Source: Dimorphilus gyrociliatus (Eukaryota > Animalia > Annelida). Taken from it: a stretch of 64,000 nucleotides of DNA. The translations under genes and the position numbers were made by a program. The notes beneath the pieces were generated by a model. That model searched no databases, was not told the origin of the DNA, and saw only the letters and a list, made by a program, of their open reading frames with translations. The stretch is taken from the NCBI GenBank assembly GCA_904063045.1, contig CAJFCJ010000006.1, positions 2,160,946 to 2,224,945 of the forward strand, written 5' to 3'. This document shows positions 49,101 to 61,224 of this stretch, piece by piece; position 1 is the stretch's first letter; each line of letters starts with the position of its first letter.

Positions 49101-52100
49101 CTTTATTATTATACGTTTATACCGAAAACTACATATAGGTAAACCTTATATATTTGTTGTATATTTTATTAATTTATCAATTCAATGCTATTCAATTCAA
49201 GTGTGGCCATAGTTTTACCATCATATCGTAAACATTTCATTAAACCATTTGAGAAAAGCATTAGGAATAAACGTTATTCCGATGGGAAGAATTCTTTAGA
49301 TGAAGACGTAATGATCATATCACCTTGGTACGTGATAAATATAATAATGTAGAGGTGATAGATGATTGTATTGATCGATTTTATTAGGGAATGGTGCAAA
49401 AATGTGACTGATGTTGACAAATTGAAAGATACAGACATAAGTGGACCAGATTGTATGTAATAGGGTCTTTATTATTTTATTCTTTTCATCTTTCAAAACA
49501 ATCCATTCCAGGTGACAAAAATTTGATTGATCACTTATTCTTGGACATCTTAGCAACCGAGGATTTACTATCAATATGGAGAGAAAAAAACTCAAAGGAA
49601 TTTGTTTCCTCGTTCTTCTATACATCCGAAAGTGGTTTGACAAGGTTCTTCCCCCTTTCGTAAGTTTCTATCTTGATTCCTTTCATCTTTTACCATATAA
49701 TCAATATTCAAATTTACCATTCACTTTGTTCCCTAATAGAAGTCGAGATTCCTATCAAGATGATGCCGACGTACGGAAATCATCTTTCTTCAAAAGATCA
49801 TTGGACTCGAATGACTGGTTTTTTAGCACAGATAATCCCACAGGTTTTATAATAATTCAACAATTCAATTATAGTATTACACTAAAGGTAAACATTGCTT
49901 ATTGTTTATAGATTGTTTCAATGGCAGTTGTACATCAAATATTGTAGTTGGAAAATCATTTTCAACTTTTTCTGGGAAGATGAAAGCTTCAGGTATGCCA
50001 TCTGTCGGTTTATAGTTATATTTTTTTCTCCTCTTTTTTTTAAATTGGTTTTCAATAAGTAAGATCACATAAAGTAAATAATTCTAAGTAAAAAAAATGA
50101 AATATCCAAAGAGCTGTAGAACTGAAAAAGGGACAAAACTTTTAAGAAATCCAGACCACAATAAACAACGCTTTTATAGCTTGAACTCATTATTGAGTAG
50201 TTTTAAATGAAATGACTCTAAACTACTGTGTTCAAATTGTCACTTGTCCACTCTTAGTCGTTCGATTTTGTCCCTTTAAGGGTAAGATAGCTAGAGTATG
50301 AGCTGCGTGTCTGGAAAATTCATATACTTTCAAAATATCAAATGGAGACCAATATTCCTACTCTGTGTCCTGATACTTTCTCTTCTGCTTTTAAAAAGAA
50401 ATTTTCAATCGTCAACCAAATTGGACGTTTTCAAAAGAGGTTTGTTTGTCAGTGGTAGTGCAAGTGGAAGTTCCAAGAATGGGGTATACAGTATGAAAAA
50501 TAACGTTGGGAGTAATGGTGTACTTATTTGCGAACCATCTGGTGGTTTTGGCAATAAAGTTCGAGTTATTACCTCCTGTTATAAATTAGCCGAAATTCTC
50601 GACAGAAAACTCATTATTTTAAATACTTTTTCAAAGAGAACATGCAATATATCAAGACACTTCAACTTTACAAAATTACCAATTATGGGAAGAGATTCGA
50701 ACCTGACTATTGAAAAACAAGTGATTTTAACCTACGAAATGATACAAGACAAAGATACTTGTCTCAAAGACATCATTTACAATAAAGCCAGAGTTATCAA
50801 ACTAATTGCTTATCACAACTTCTGGATGCATTGTATAACTGGTAATAAACAACTTCAAACTCGTTATACACCAGAAGCGCTAGAATTTAACAATATGGCT
50901 TATAGAAAAGTGTTTGAGAACCTTTTTCAGCCAACACCAGAATTTAATAAAATATTAAAGTATCATAAGGACAATATTGTTAAAAGAAAACCTAGAGATA
51001 AGATGCTTTGTCTTCACATCAGAAGCGGTATGGTTAAAAGAGATTCGGCAAATGTTGTTAGCAAAAGTTGCCTTATCCGTTATATGATGAAAGTAAGAAG
51101 ATTTGTCAGGAATAGCCCACAAATAAAGTCAATACTTTTGGCTAGCGATAACGTTAACGTAACAGATTTTGTTTATCGACATTCACCCAAGAAGAGAATT
51201 ACCCATTATATACCAGGAAAAGTTGGACACTCAAGTAGACACGTAATGAGCTGTAAAGATATGGACAAATTATTTACCGAGTTCTGGCTAATGAAATATT
51301 GTGATTACGGATTGTTTCTATCATCTTCGAGTTTCTCTTACTATGGCATTCTAAGAAGTGCTCATCTTAAAGAATTAAGTATTTTCAATTGCCAAAAAAA
51401 CGATTTAACGGAAACGCCCAAATCAAAGGAAAAATATTGGGTTTTGAAATAATTTTTGGCCAAATTATGTTTTTGTCCCAAAATATTTATATTTATATTT
51501 TATTTTTCACTTATAATTATAAAAAAAAATACATTAATTTATTTAACGATCGGGGAGAAGACTATAGACAATATCATAGTGTAGGCCTATTATTAGTTTG
51601 GATAGTTGTTTTTTAATTTTGTTAGTTTTCAACACTTTTTATATTTCTGTAGTAACCGGTTTTAAGATGACCGCCAACAAACTTCGAAAAATCATAATAG
51701 ATAATGTTGCGTCTTGTACGAATACTGATTTCTGTCTGCTAATTGATGACGGAGGATACTTGATTGCATCTTCGAATGAGGACGATGAGAGATATGTAAA
51801 TATTAATTATCAAACCATATGTTATGGTATTTGCTATAATTTTATTAAAAATTTACTTTTTTAAAAACAGATTGGATCTTTTATTGGCAGTATTGAAACT
51901 CGTGAAATTTATGCGAAAGTTATGAATTTATTAGTAAAACAAAACGTTTACAAGCAGTAAGTTATTCTATTTATGTAAATGTTTTTAGTTTAGTCTACAA
52001 TACTAATTTGAAATAAAATATAAAACTAGGATTAAAGTGTTCGACTATCAGGCCAAATGTCCACAAGTTAGGAAAAAGACTAGCGGCGTATCTAGAACAA

Positions 52101-53180
52101 TTCAATTGGTAAGAAAAAGTGTACAAAGTAGTCTTTTAAATTTTAGTTAACCCTAATTAATTAAAAAAAAATAACTAACAAATTCTTTTAATCCATTTTT
52201 CCTTCCTTTTCTTTTTATCGTTCAGCCATTCATTTACGAATTACTAACATTTAGTTGGTGGAACTTAAAAATGAGTGCCTTATTTACTTATATAAACTTG
52301 TATGTATATATTTTTAACCCAATTAAAACATATATACAGTATTATAGATTTCTTTATTCTTTTAAATAAAGATTCTTCGTCTCCTCTGAACCAGCAGGTA
52401 TTGGTTGTTGTTTACTTTCTGAGTTCTATATAAAATTTCAAACCAATACACTTCTGATAAATTGTGTTATTTGGAATAGATTCCGCCTCGCTAGACGAAA
52501 CAGCCGAACAAAAGAGCTGCTTAAAAGCAGAAACTCTCTATATGCTAGAACATATTCAAAATGTACAAGCTGTATTACGAGAATGCTCAGAATGCGATAT
52601 AGGGTGAGTTCTAATTTAAATAATTATAAGAAACCATACCTTTTTAAATGTAATACGTACTCAATTTTTTATATGTTTAATTACAGAAACGTCGAAGGAT
52701 ACAAAATTAAAGAGACAAATCTATTTTTCGTCTCCTATAATGATTTTAACAGACAATGCGACATCTCTTGCCCATTTGATCTCCTTCCTCATAAATCTAC
52801 ATTAAATATCCTTTATTATTATTATTATTACTAATGTTAATGTAGAAAGACATTAAGACTCTTACTTTCCCAACTAAAAATTATTTTAATATTTTTACAA
52901 AAAATCATTCAATTTAAATTCTTTAACTCATTCTATACGTGACGATCCAGATTACGCAAAACTCGAATGTGTTCCAGATCAGAGATTTAGAAGAAGACCG
53001 GATTATTGCTTTCAAATTAAAGTAAAGGTTTCTTCAACGTAAAAAAAAATCTAATATATTCTACTATATTTCATATTTCTCTTCTTTAAACAGGAAACTC
53101 AAGTTTGCGGGACAACTTTTACCTATCCAAATCTATGGATGATATTAATATTAATTGTTTTCAAATTTAAACTACTTTAG
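44757..53180 (+). CDS. CACNA2D: Voltage-gated calcium channel auxiliary subunit alpha2delta, many small exons
   Basis: Signal peptide, [40 protein letters not shown]|[11 protein letters not shown], Cache domain GVMGTDVP...[46 protein letters not shown], and C-terminal CG plus hydrophobic tail ending at TAG 53178-53180. Confidence 0.95.
50298..51452 (+). CDS. Intronless type II membrane fucosyltransferase-like glycosyltransferase (GT37/GT23/GT11-like, GT-B fold), nested in alpha2delta intron 49993-51652
   Basis: A 384-aa ORF with an N-terminal TM ([14 protein letters not shown]), [12 protein letters not shown], motif I LCLHIRSG, motif II ILLASDN and motif [26 protein letters not shown]. The flanking host exons join in phase 1 across it (KMKAS-V-TGFKM). 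Confidence 0.85.
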   Translation: MSCVSGKFIYFQNIKWRPIFLLCVLILSLLLLKRNFQSSTKLDVFKRGLFVSGSASGSSKNGVYSMKNNVGSNGVLICEPSGGFGNKVRVITSCYKLAEILDRKLIILNTFSKRTCNISRHFNFTKLPIMGRDSNLTIEKQVILTYEMIQDKDTCLKDIIYNKARVIKLIAYHNFWMHCITGNKQLQTRYTPEALEFNNMAYRKVFENLFQPTPEFNKILKYHKDNIVKRKPRDKMLCLHIRSGMVKRDSANVVSKSCLIRYMMKVRRFVRNSPQIKSILLASDNVNVTDFVYRHSPKKRITHYIPGKVGHSSRHVMSCKDMDKLFTEFWLMKYCDYGLFLSSSSFSYYGILRSAHLKELSIFNCQKNDLTETPKSKEKYWVLK

Positions 53181-53758
53181 ATCAAACATTCGGCAGAAAA
53201 ACGACAAAAAAAACGAAAAAAAATAAAAAGAAACTTTTTCTCTCTTCAAAAACAGAAAGAAAACACCCTCTTCCTGTTCGAAAAAAATACTCTCTTTGTT
53301 TTACTACGCACAATCAATCCTTTATAATCGAATATATCTTTTCTTTCTTTCTTTACGGGTACTTAAAAAAGTGAAGATGTTGTAAATTTTTCACCTAGTA
53401 AGAAGAAGAAGAAAAGTAAAGGATCAGTTTTGTTAAAGAAAAGGAAAAAAGATAAATGAAAATTTTCTTATATGGAATTATTCTTTTTTTTTTGTTGATT
53501 TTTTTTTCCCCTTTTTCTTTTGATATTAAAGAAATGTTGATAAAAATAGACAAACAAAGCGTTACGTTTTCTAGTTATTGTTTTTTTTTTATCTATAAAG
53601 CTAATTTTTTTTATAAAAAGATAAGATCAAAAAAAAAAGTAGGTAAAAAAATAAAACGATAAAAATAGATATATGATGTATAAAATGATTAAAATAAATC
53701 ATCGTATTCTTTCCCTTTTGTCATATGAAAGAAGATTTGAATGAATGGTATCTTCTTT

Positions 53759-56700
53759 TTAAATATGACAATCTACGGCTGCTTCGTCACTCTTGTTTAT
53801 GAAAAATTTGACGCTATTTCTTCTGGGTTTCTTTCCATCGGGTTCATCTATTGGTTTTGTAACGGCCGGTAAAATTTGTACATTTTCCTCTTCATCATTC
53901 TCCGTAAAGTTACTTGATTTTCTTAGCAACGATTTCAGTGCTTGAGGTTTCTTTTTATTACATTGCATTAATAGATCGTCTAATGATTCAACTTTAGTTT
54001 TTATCTCTTCGCAGATATTTAACTGAAAAATGAAAAATATTCTAATATTTCATTGAAATTTTGCAGTTTTTTAAGTGAAATCTATAATCATTATACCTGC
54101 TTTGTATCGCGATCGTAATGAATCGTTCCCAATGGTATTTTAAGAACTCTTCCATCAGGTAGTTCAAAATTTACAGTTCCCCTTGAAACTTCAATAGTAT
54201 CGCCATCGCCTTCCAATTGTAATCGAGTTCTTCTTGAATCACTGTCTTTTCTGTGACTTTCAGGCATAATATCATCCAACCATTTCAATTCGTTTCTACT
54301 AAATAAACTGTTTAGTAATTTACGAATAGCTGTCATTCCTAATATCAAAAGCGGAAATACTATTGAAGCGGGTGGCATTTTCTTCACTAACCACAAAAGA
54401 GCTAAACAAAATAACTAACAAATAAAAAGTTATTACTATTTTTTATCCAAACTAGAATAACTGATAAATATCGTCTAGTTGATTGTTACCTGTATTAATG
54501 TGAACAAGTGAACGCGTTTCAGCTGAACGTGTCGGAGGTATGGATGGTTTGGTTGATATTTCTTTGGCATAAAAAATATTAATATTCTTTGAACAATTTG
54601 AAGCCCTCTTAAACTTGATATTCCCATGAAGAGAAACACTCCATATAGAACAGGCATTGGTACGTGTTTCAATAACGGCGTCATGAATATACTTTGACTT
54701 ATCAGAACAAAAACCAAAATTCCAGTAACTCTTTGCTCTCGAACACCGAGAAATTTTGGCTTTTCACCCGGTATAGAACACTTAGAAAATTTTGATAGAG
54801 ATCTAACATGATTTATAGATAAAACCGCTTCCGCAACGAACCAAGGTAAGCCAAGAATTGAACACAGACCAATCTAAATAAATTTTTAAGCAATAATAAT
54901 ATGATCTTAATTACACAATAGAGAAAGTCATACACTTACCAATAATCCAACTATTAAAAGATCCAAATGGTAGGCACTACCCTTTACTAATGTATGCTCT
55001 TTACGATTGACTATTATAGCCGTTATTTGCTGATCCATAAATATAAGAATTGTTGCAACAATAGCCGGTCCTAAAGCTGCTATACATGTCCATTTTGGAT
55101 TATCATTAAACGGTGGTATTATCCAAGATCTATCTTCTCTTGTAGGCTTATTTGAGAAAAGATTAACGTAGCTATCGAGTATATTTTCTTTAGATAAATT
55201 GTCAACTTACCCGAAATTTATCTGGAACAATTAGTTTCGGTGTTGGTAAATCTAATATATAATCAACAATACAAAATACGACAATAGCGATAAAAATGCT
55301 AAAATCACTTATAATCACTCGAACCTAGAAAACAATAATAAAAGCATTTTAAAAGCAATTATATATACATATATATAATATACCGTTGAAATGGATTTAT
55401 AAACTCACCCTTTCTGGAAAGAATCTTGTACTTTTGAAGGATTTACAACATTTTGCAACGATAAACGTGCCAGCGAATAGTATTATTGATAAAAAATATA
55501 TGTTATCTTTGTATACCGTTGCTCCACAACCCGATCCAATAGCAGTTCCATTCATCCTAAGACAATTTTTGTAGTTTAATTGCGAATAATTTACATATAA
55601 ATTATTGTTTGTCGTCGAATTGGAAACGTAAAAGTAATCGTCAGTGATATTCTTGTCCGTTATATTATTAAAACTATTATTCGATGGTGGAAGGCAATGG
55701 CAAGAATAATCGGGTGGATGTTGCCAATTAGGATGAAAATTGACTGGAAACTTATACTTAATGTTATAAATATTCCTGAAAGCTTCAACAATGAAGATAG
55801 CTCCTATTAGAAACGTAAATGATTCTTCTGTAAAACGCGTTATATAACGGACTAAGAATGATAAATCGAAAGCTACAATCACTATTATTATTGCACAACA
55901 CCATAAACCAATCCAAAATCTAAATGATAGATAATTCCAGTTCCATTCACTGTAAAAAAAATTCAACAATATACATAAAATATACACAATATACGTATGT
56001 TTATAATTATTTACAATCAACTATACTTACTCGCATAATTGATAAGATATTGTTTCATAAACTAAAATTGGTCCTGTTGCTCCTAATATTATTAAAGGTT
56101 GACCAGAAAATACGTGATAAGCAATACCACAAATTGTAGCTCCAAGAATACTCTCCATAACTCCCTAAAAGCAGAATATTACATTATTTATTATTAATTA
56201 ACTAATTGGAAAATGTAATATTTTCTATATTACCAAATTCTCGTCTGTAGCATCACCAAATAATCCCCCAAATGTTACTATTGGTGTTAAGCACGCAAAG
56301 TACATGAAAAAAAGAGATCCTATACATTGAATGTGAAGGCCATCTTTAAAATCACTTAAATAGTGTCCCTTCCTTCGTTTTACATCATTAAGAAAACCGC
56401 CAAATATACTATTGAATATATAGATAGATCATTTTGAATATTTAACTTTTATACTATTATTCTAATGCTTACCGATTTGTTCTACATAATCCAGCATCTG
56501 GATAGCCACATTCATTTTCTTCATCAATATTCAAAAGTAATTTTTTGAAATTTCCAGTTTTTACCGATTGCCTTCTAGTTTCCTGTATATTTTCATTAAA
56601 AGAGCATATATAAATTAATAAATAAAGCATATAGACTTAAGCAAAAGTTTTACCGGATCTCTAACAGAATTTGGTGGTTCTATTTTTATTTTTGGATCCC

Positions 56701-58541
56701 ATTCAGTTGGAGGTAACACTGTAACCTCATCTAAAAATCCATCAAAACCAGCCAAGAAATCACTTTTATCCAGTGCTTTATAAGCAACCTCTTGAAAAAT
56801 CTATAGAAAACATAGATGAAATAAACGTATAGAAAGAGTATGAAACTAGAATTATTTGTACGTACATTATCGGCCATTAATGTGGATATACACCTTCCAA
56901 TTTCGTGTAATTCATTTTTATAATTAATCGATCCAAGGATAATTACCATAAATCTAGTTGGAACACTTACTTCGGTAACATCCTCTAGATGAATACTCTT
57001 TTTCAAACGAGCTATTCCTACTACTGGTTCAGATATAAAATCCATTGTAGCCAACATAACGTTACTCGCTTCAGCATCTGCAGGTATCTTCTTTCGAAAG
57101 TGAGTATTTTGCTGTTGATAGAAAATATTCTTCATATTAAATGGCAATGTCAAATCTTATGAATAAAGTTTTTACCTTATGAATGACTCCATTGGTTACA
57201 TTCCCATCTAGTAGATTATGTTCACTACCTCTACTTCCGAGATTACCTTTAAAAAAGTCTTTTGTCTTAGTAAAGTTTAAAGAATACTTTTAATAAACCG
57301 TTGGTACCATTGACGTTAACTTTTCTATTATTGTTGGCAATTTCAGAGAAAGTACGCTTGAACAACGGAATTCCATTACGTTGTCTTGTAACTTCGTGCA
57401 AATGGATAACTTGTGACATCATTGTTAGAAAGACTTCCTCCTTCTTTTCAAACGGAATTAATTGATCTTGACACAAGTCAGAGAGTATATGTTCTTTAGG
57501 GAAAGATAATTCATCAGCTAATCTATCTTCAGTTAATATCTTTAATTCTTAATTTATTACTTAGAATTCCTGCTCTATTATTAACTTCAATATCCAAGCA
57601 AAATACTGTACGATTTGTAAAGCAATCTCGTACTTGAAATAGAAAATACAGTGGAAGAGATGCAACGTACGGTTTAGACCAACGCTGACCTTCCTCCTCA
57701 ACATCTTCTTCAAACTTTAACCATCTTGATTTTCAAGTAATTTGTCTTTGTTTATTAACAAACATCGCTAGAATGAAAATATTTACCGTGCAGTTTCGTG
57801 GAATGTACAAACTCCGCTTATTTCATCTCTTCTAAGTTCATCCATTTCACAGAATATTGTATGTGCTTTTTTATCTTCATTCTGGAGTATCTCTGTTATT
57901 CTAGCGTTCGACGCATCTCCTAATAAAAGCAACAGGAGAGAGAGAACAAAGACACAACCATTACATTTAACCATTGAAATACATAAAAAAAACTATACTA
58001 TAATAGCAATGTTTCTGTTATGTTGATAAAAGTAAGAATAACAAACTTTGAGTAATTGTCAAATCTCTACCATCAGCTGATACTCTGGATTCAGTACTTA
58101 TTTGCCTTGAATAGACATGTTCATATCCATTATTTAGTTCATTCCCTTCTTCACCTTCTCTCGACGTCTAGTTTAAAAGAGATGCTTTTTTAATATTAAA
58201 TAGTTGTATTTACTAAGAACCACAAAAAAAGGAGAAAAACTAACGCCTTGCTGAGATTTAGATTTATGCTTCCTATGTTTCCTCTTCTTTCTATGGCTAT
58301 CTCTCTGACAACAAGATTGCGCAATATAAATAGAATTATTTGCAGATGGATACTGCTGCAGATGATGTACTAGAATTGATTTAGTAGCGAAATTTAGGTC
58401 AGGGTAGCTATTTCTTCAAAATGTAAAAATAAAAACTTGTTTACCTTCGGCATCGACGTCTTCATCTCCGTAAGGAATATGAAAACATCTTTCATTTATA
58501 ATAAGTGCATCCAGATTATCTTCTCTAAAATTTCTTGCCAT
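53759..58541 (-). CDS. SLC4 bicarbonate transporter (Na+-coupled NBC/NDCBE type, SLC4A7/8/10-like)
   Basis: FCEMDEL...ETAR|[28 protein letters not shown]...[100 protein letters not shown] and [10 protein letters not shown]. The start codon is uncertain because an acceptor lies just upstream. Confidence 0.95.
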
Positions 58542-60810
58542 TGCTATTTTATAGAAATGATAATAATTACACTAGTATACATGTTTAAAATAAAATTTGT
58601 TAGTAGGCTCTAGTAGTAACCAAACAATATTTAAGTGCATCAAAATATGTTTTTCTGTTCTAGTTGGAAAGATTGATGTTGTTTAGTTTCGTACTTTTTA
58701 AACTCTATATAAACAGATTTATATTTATGAAAACTTATTGACACTCTTTTATCATTCTTCTTCTTATTCTGTCATATATAATAAAATTAAAAAGAGATTA
58801 AAAGGTTAAACGCAAATATCGATAGAAAAATGTAAATGGGGCTATATTAATTTTTCTTTCATGGGAAAGTGTCAAGTGTTGGGGTGAAGGAGTAAAAGTT
58901 CAACGGTTAAGACAGAAGTTTAAATATATTCCAGATGTTAACAGCAACAAGTGTTGTCTATATACCCAAAAAAAAACACACCTTTATATTTAAACAATCA
59001 ATATATCTGTCATAAATACTGGAAAAATAGCGCAAGCTGTTTCAGGTTTTCAATTAAAATTTACCATAAAGGGCTTTTCCACATTTTGGTAGAATTTCAA
59101 ACACAATGGTTGTCGCAATAGTAAAGGGAAAGTTTCCGATCTCCTACTTTTTGACCCGGTTACCAATAGAATTTAATACCCAAGACCCAGTTTTCAACCT
59201 TTCAGTAGTGCCCACCTGTCTAGCCCTTCCCATAAAAAAAATGGCAACTGTAATATTATACAGTCAGATATTAATTAGTTTCAAACACTCTTAAAGTACA
59301 ATTCATAACTCGAATTGGGTCAATAAAGAACACCAATAAAATATGAGTATATATATATATATATATATACAGTATTTCAAATACAACAATGTATATTAGA
59401 ACGTGAATCACAAACGGGGGAGTCAAGAGATTAGAGAATCAATATAGATGTTAACAATCCCATTTTAGCAGCATAAATGCAAAATATTATAAGAGGGAAT
59501 GTAATTTTGAACATTAAAGTTTTTACTTAAAAGCAATTTGAGTGAAAAATTCACTGTTGATGAAAATAAAAAGACCATTCAACGACATTTACCTTTAAAC
59601 TCTTATAAATATGTTAAATTCGCTATTACTTTCCAGCGACTTTCATCTGCTATCTTCCTATTAGACCTTAACCATAGTGTAGAGAAGCGTCTCAATAACG
59701 ACAGTGGACTGGTTTCGAAACCCACTACGCCTTAAATTGTCAAATTTAGAAATTAAGCGGTCAAGTTAACCGGTCATCTGTCATTACCGGTTCATTAAAC
59801 TGTCTAATTGCATCCCGTTCAACTTTTTTCCACTGTAAACAGTCCTTCATAAAGAATTGTTGGTTATATGAACGTGTCCCTACGTTGTACACATTATATA
59901 AAGTGAAAGTATATCTAAAGAGAATATAGGAATACACACCGGAAGAGACAGTATATTACTAATATTACATATAAACTTGACTAAAATCATATAACCTTAA
60001 ACAGATAAGGAAGCACATAGACGACAAAAACTTTTCAAGAATAATGTAAGTATTCTTTAGAAAAAGAAAAATATTGTACATTTAATAAATATACATATAT
60101 TTGTTTATATTTTTAGTCTCATTAATTAACCGATTAGATAAGCTAAATAACGATGATAAGATAGTAAATAAAAATATAAATATTCAAAAATTCTTCTTTT
60201 TTATTATTATTACTATTACTTCCTTCTTTTAGATTTTTTCGTAATTTGTAGGCCTAGTAAGTATATATATATATATATGTATATTGATTGTTTATAATTA
60301 TAAAAAATAACGGCTATTTATGTATATAAACAAACGAAAAAGAGTTATCTTTATACTAAATTTTTAGTATTTTAAAATTTGTGCAATATGATTCATAATT
60401 TCATAATAGGTCACAATTTTTTAGGTTAGGACAGAAAAAGTTCACTATTTGTGTCGTAATAAATCCTAAGTCTATTTATATACATCTGCAGAATAACATA
60501 TTTTATTAAATATTGTTGTTAAGTGTTGTTAAGTAGTAACGTTTTTCGTGGTATTTTAAAAGGAACGCTGGATATTTCGTTTGAGTAATATGGCGGTGAT
60601 GTAGGATTACTTTACAGTGCCACGAAATTATACTTACATAACCTGATTGAGTAACTTAAAGTTACTAGATTGAGTTTTTTTTAGAGCCTATGATATATTA
60701 TACAAAATAAGGTTGACATAGCAATCGAAATCGGTCTATTCGATCTCGATATCCGATATTCATATCAATAAACAAGCACACGATGCCTGGCGCAACACGC
60801 GTAATAGGAC

Positions 60811-60849
60811 TGCGCATGCTCAATTGCCGGTTTAATCTTGCTAAATCAT
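60811..60849. promoter_or_regulatory. NRF1-like site and ARE-like element in the CNC/Nrf promoter
   Basis: TGCGCATGCTCA at 60811-60822. The reverse complement of 60839-60849 is ATGATTTAGCA, which fits RTGABnnnGCA. Confidence 0.35.
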
Positions 60850-61224
60850 TCTTGCATTCTTCTAGAATATTCTATATTATCAACAATTTACTCATTTCGA
60901 AGACCGTACGCAACGAAGCTTTATTTGGAATAATTTGACAAAATCGACAAATCGGTTGAATTTTAAGTACATAGCACAACATCGATCCTTTGAAAGGTTT
61001 AATCTCGGAGCCAGTGCCTCTCTTCGTGCAGTTCATTATCTTTGTCAAAGAACTTTCTTTGTTTTCAAGAACTGATAAGGAAACTCTGCTGTCTACGATC
61101 GTCAATTTTTAGTCAAGTTTACCCCAATTTGTTGGACATTTAATATTTACAATCTAATTTGGTAGTAAAGAAGCGGTTGAGGCATTACGAAATTTTGGTG
61201 ACTCATTCGATCATAGGCCTCACC

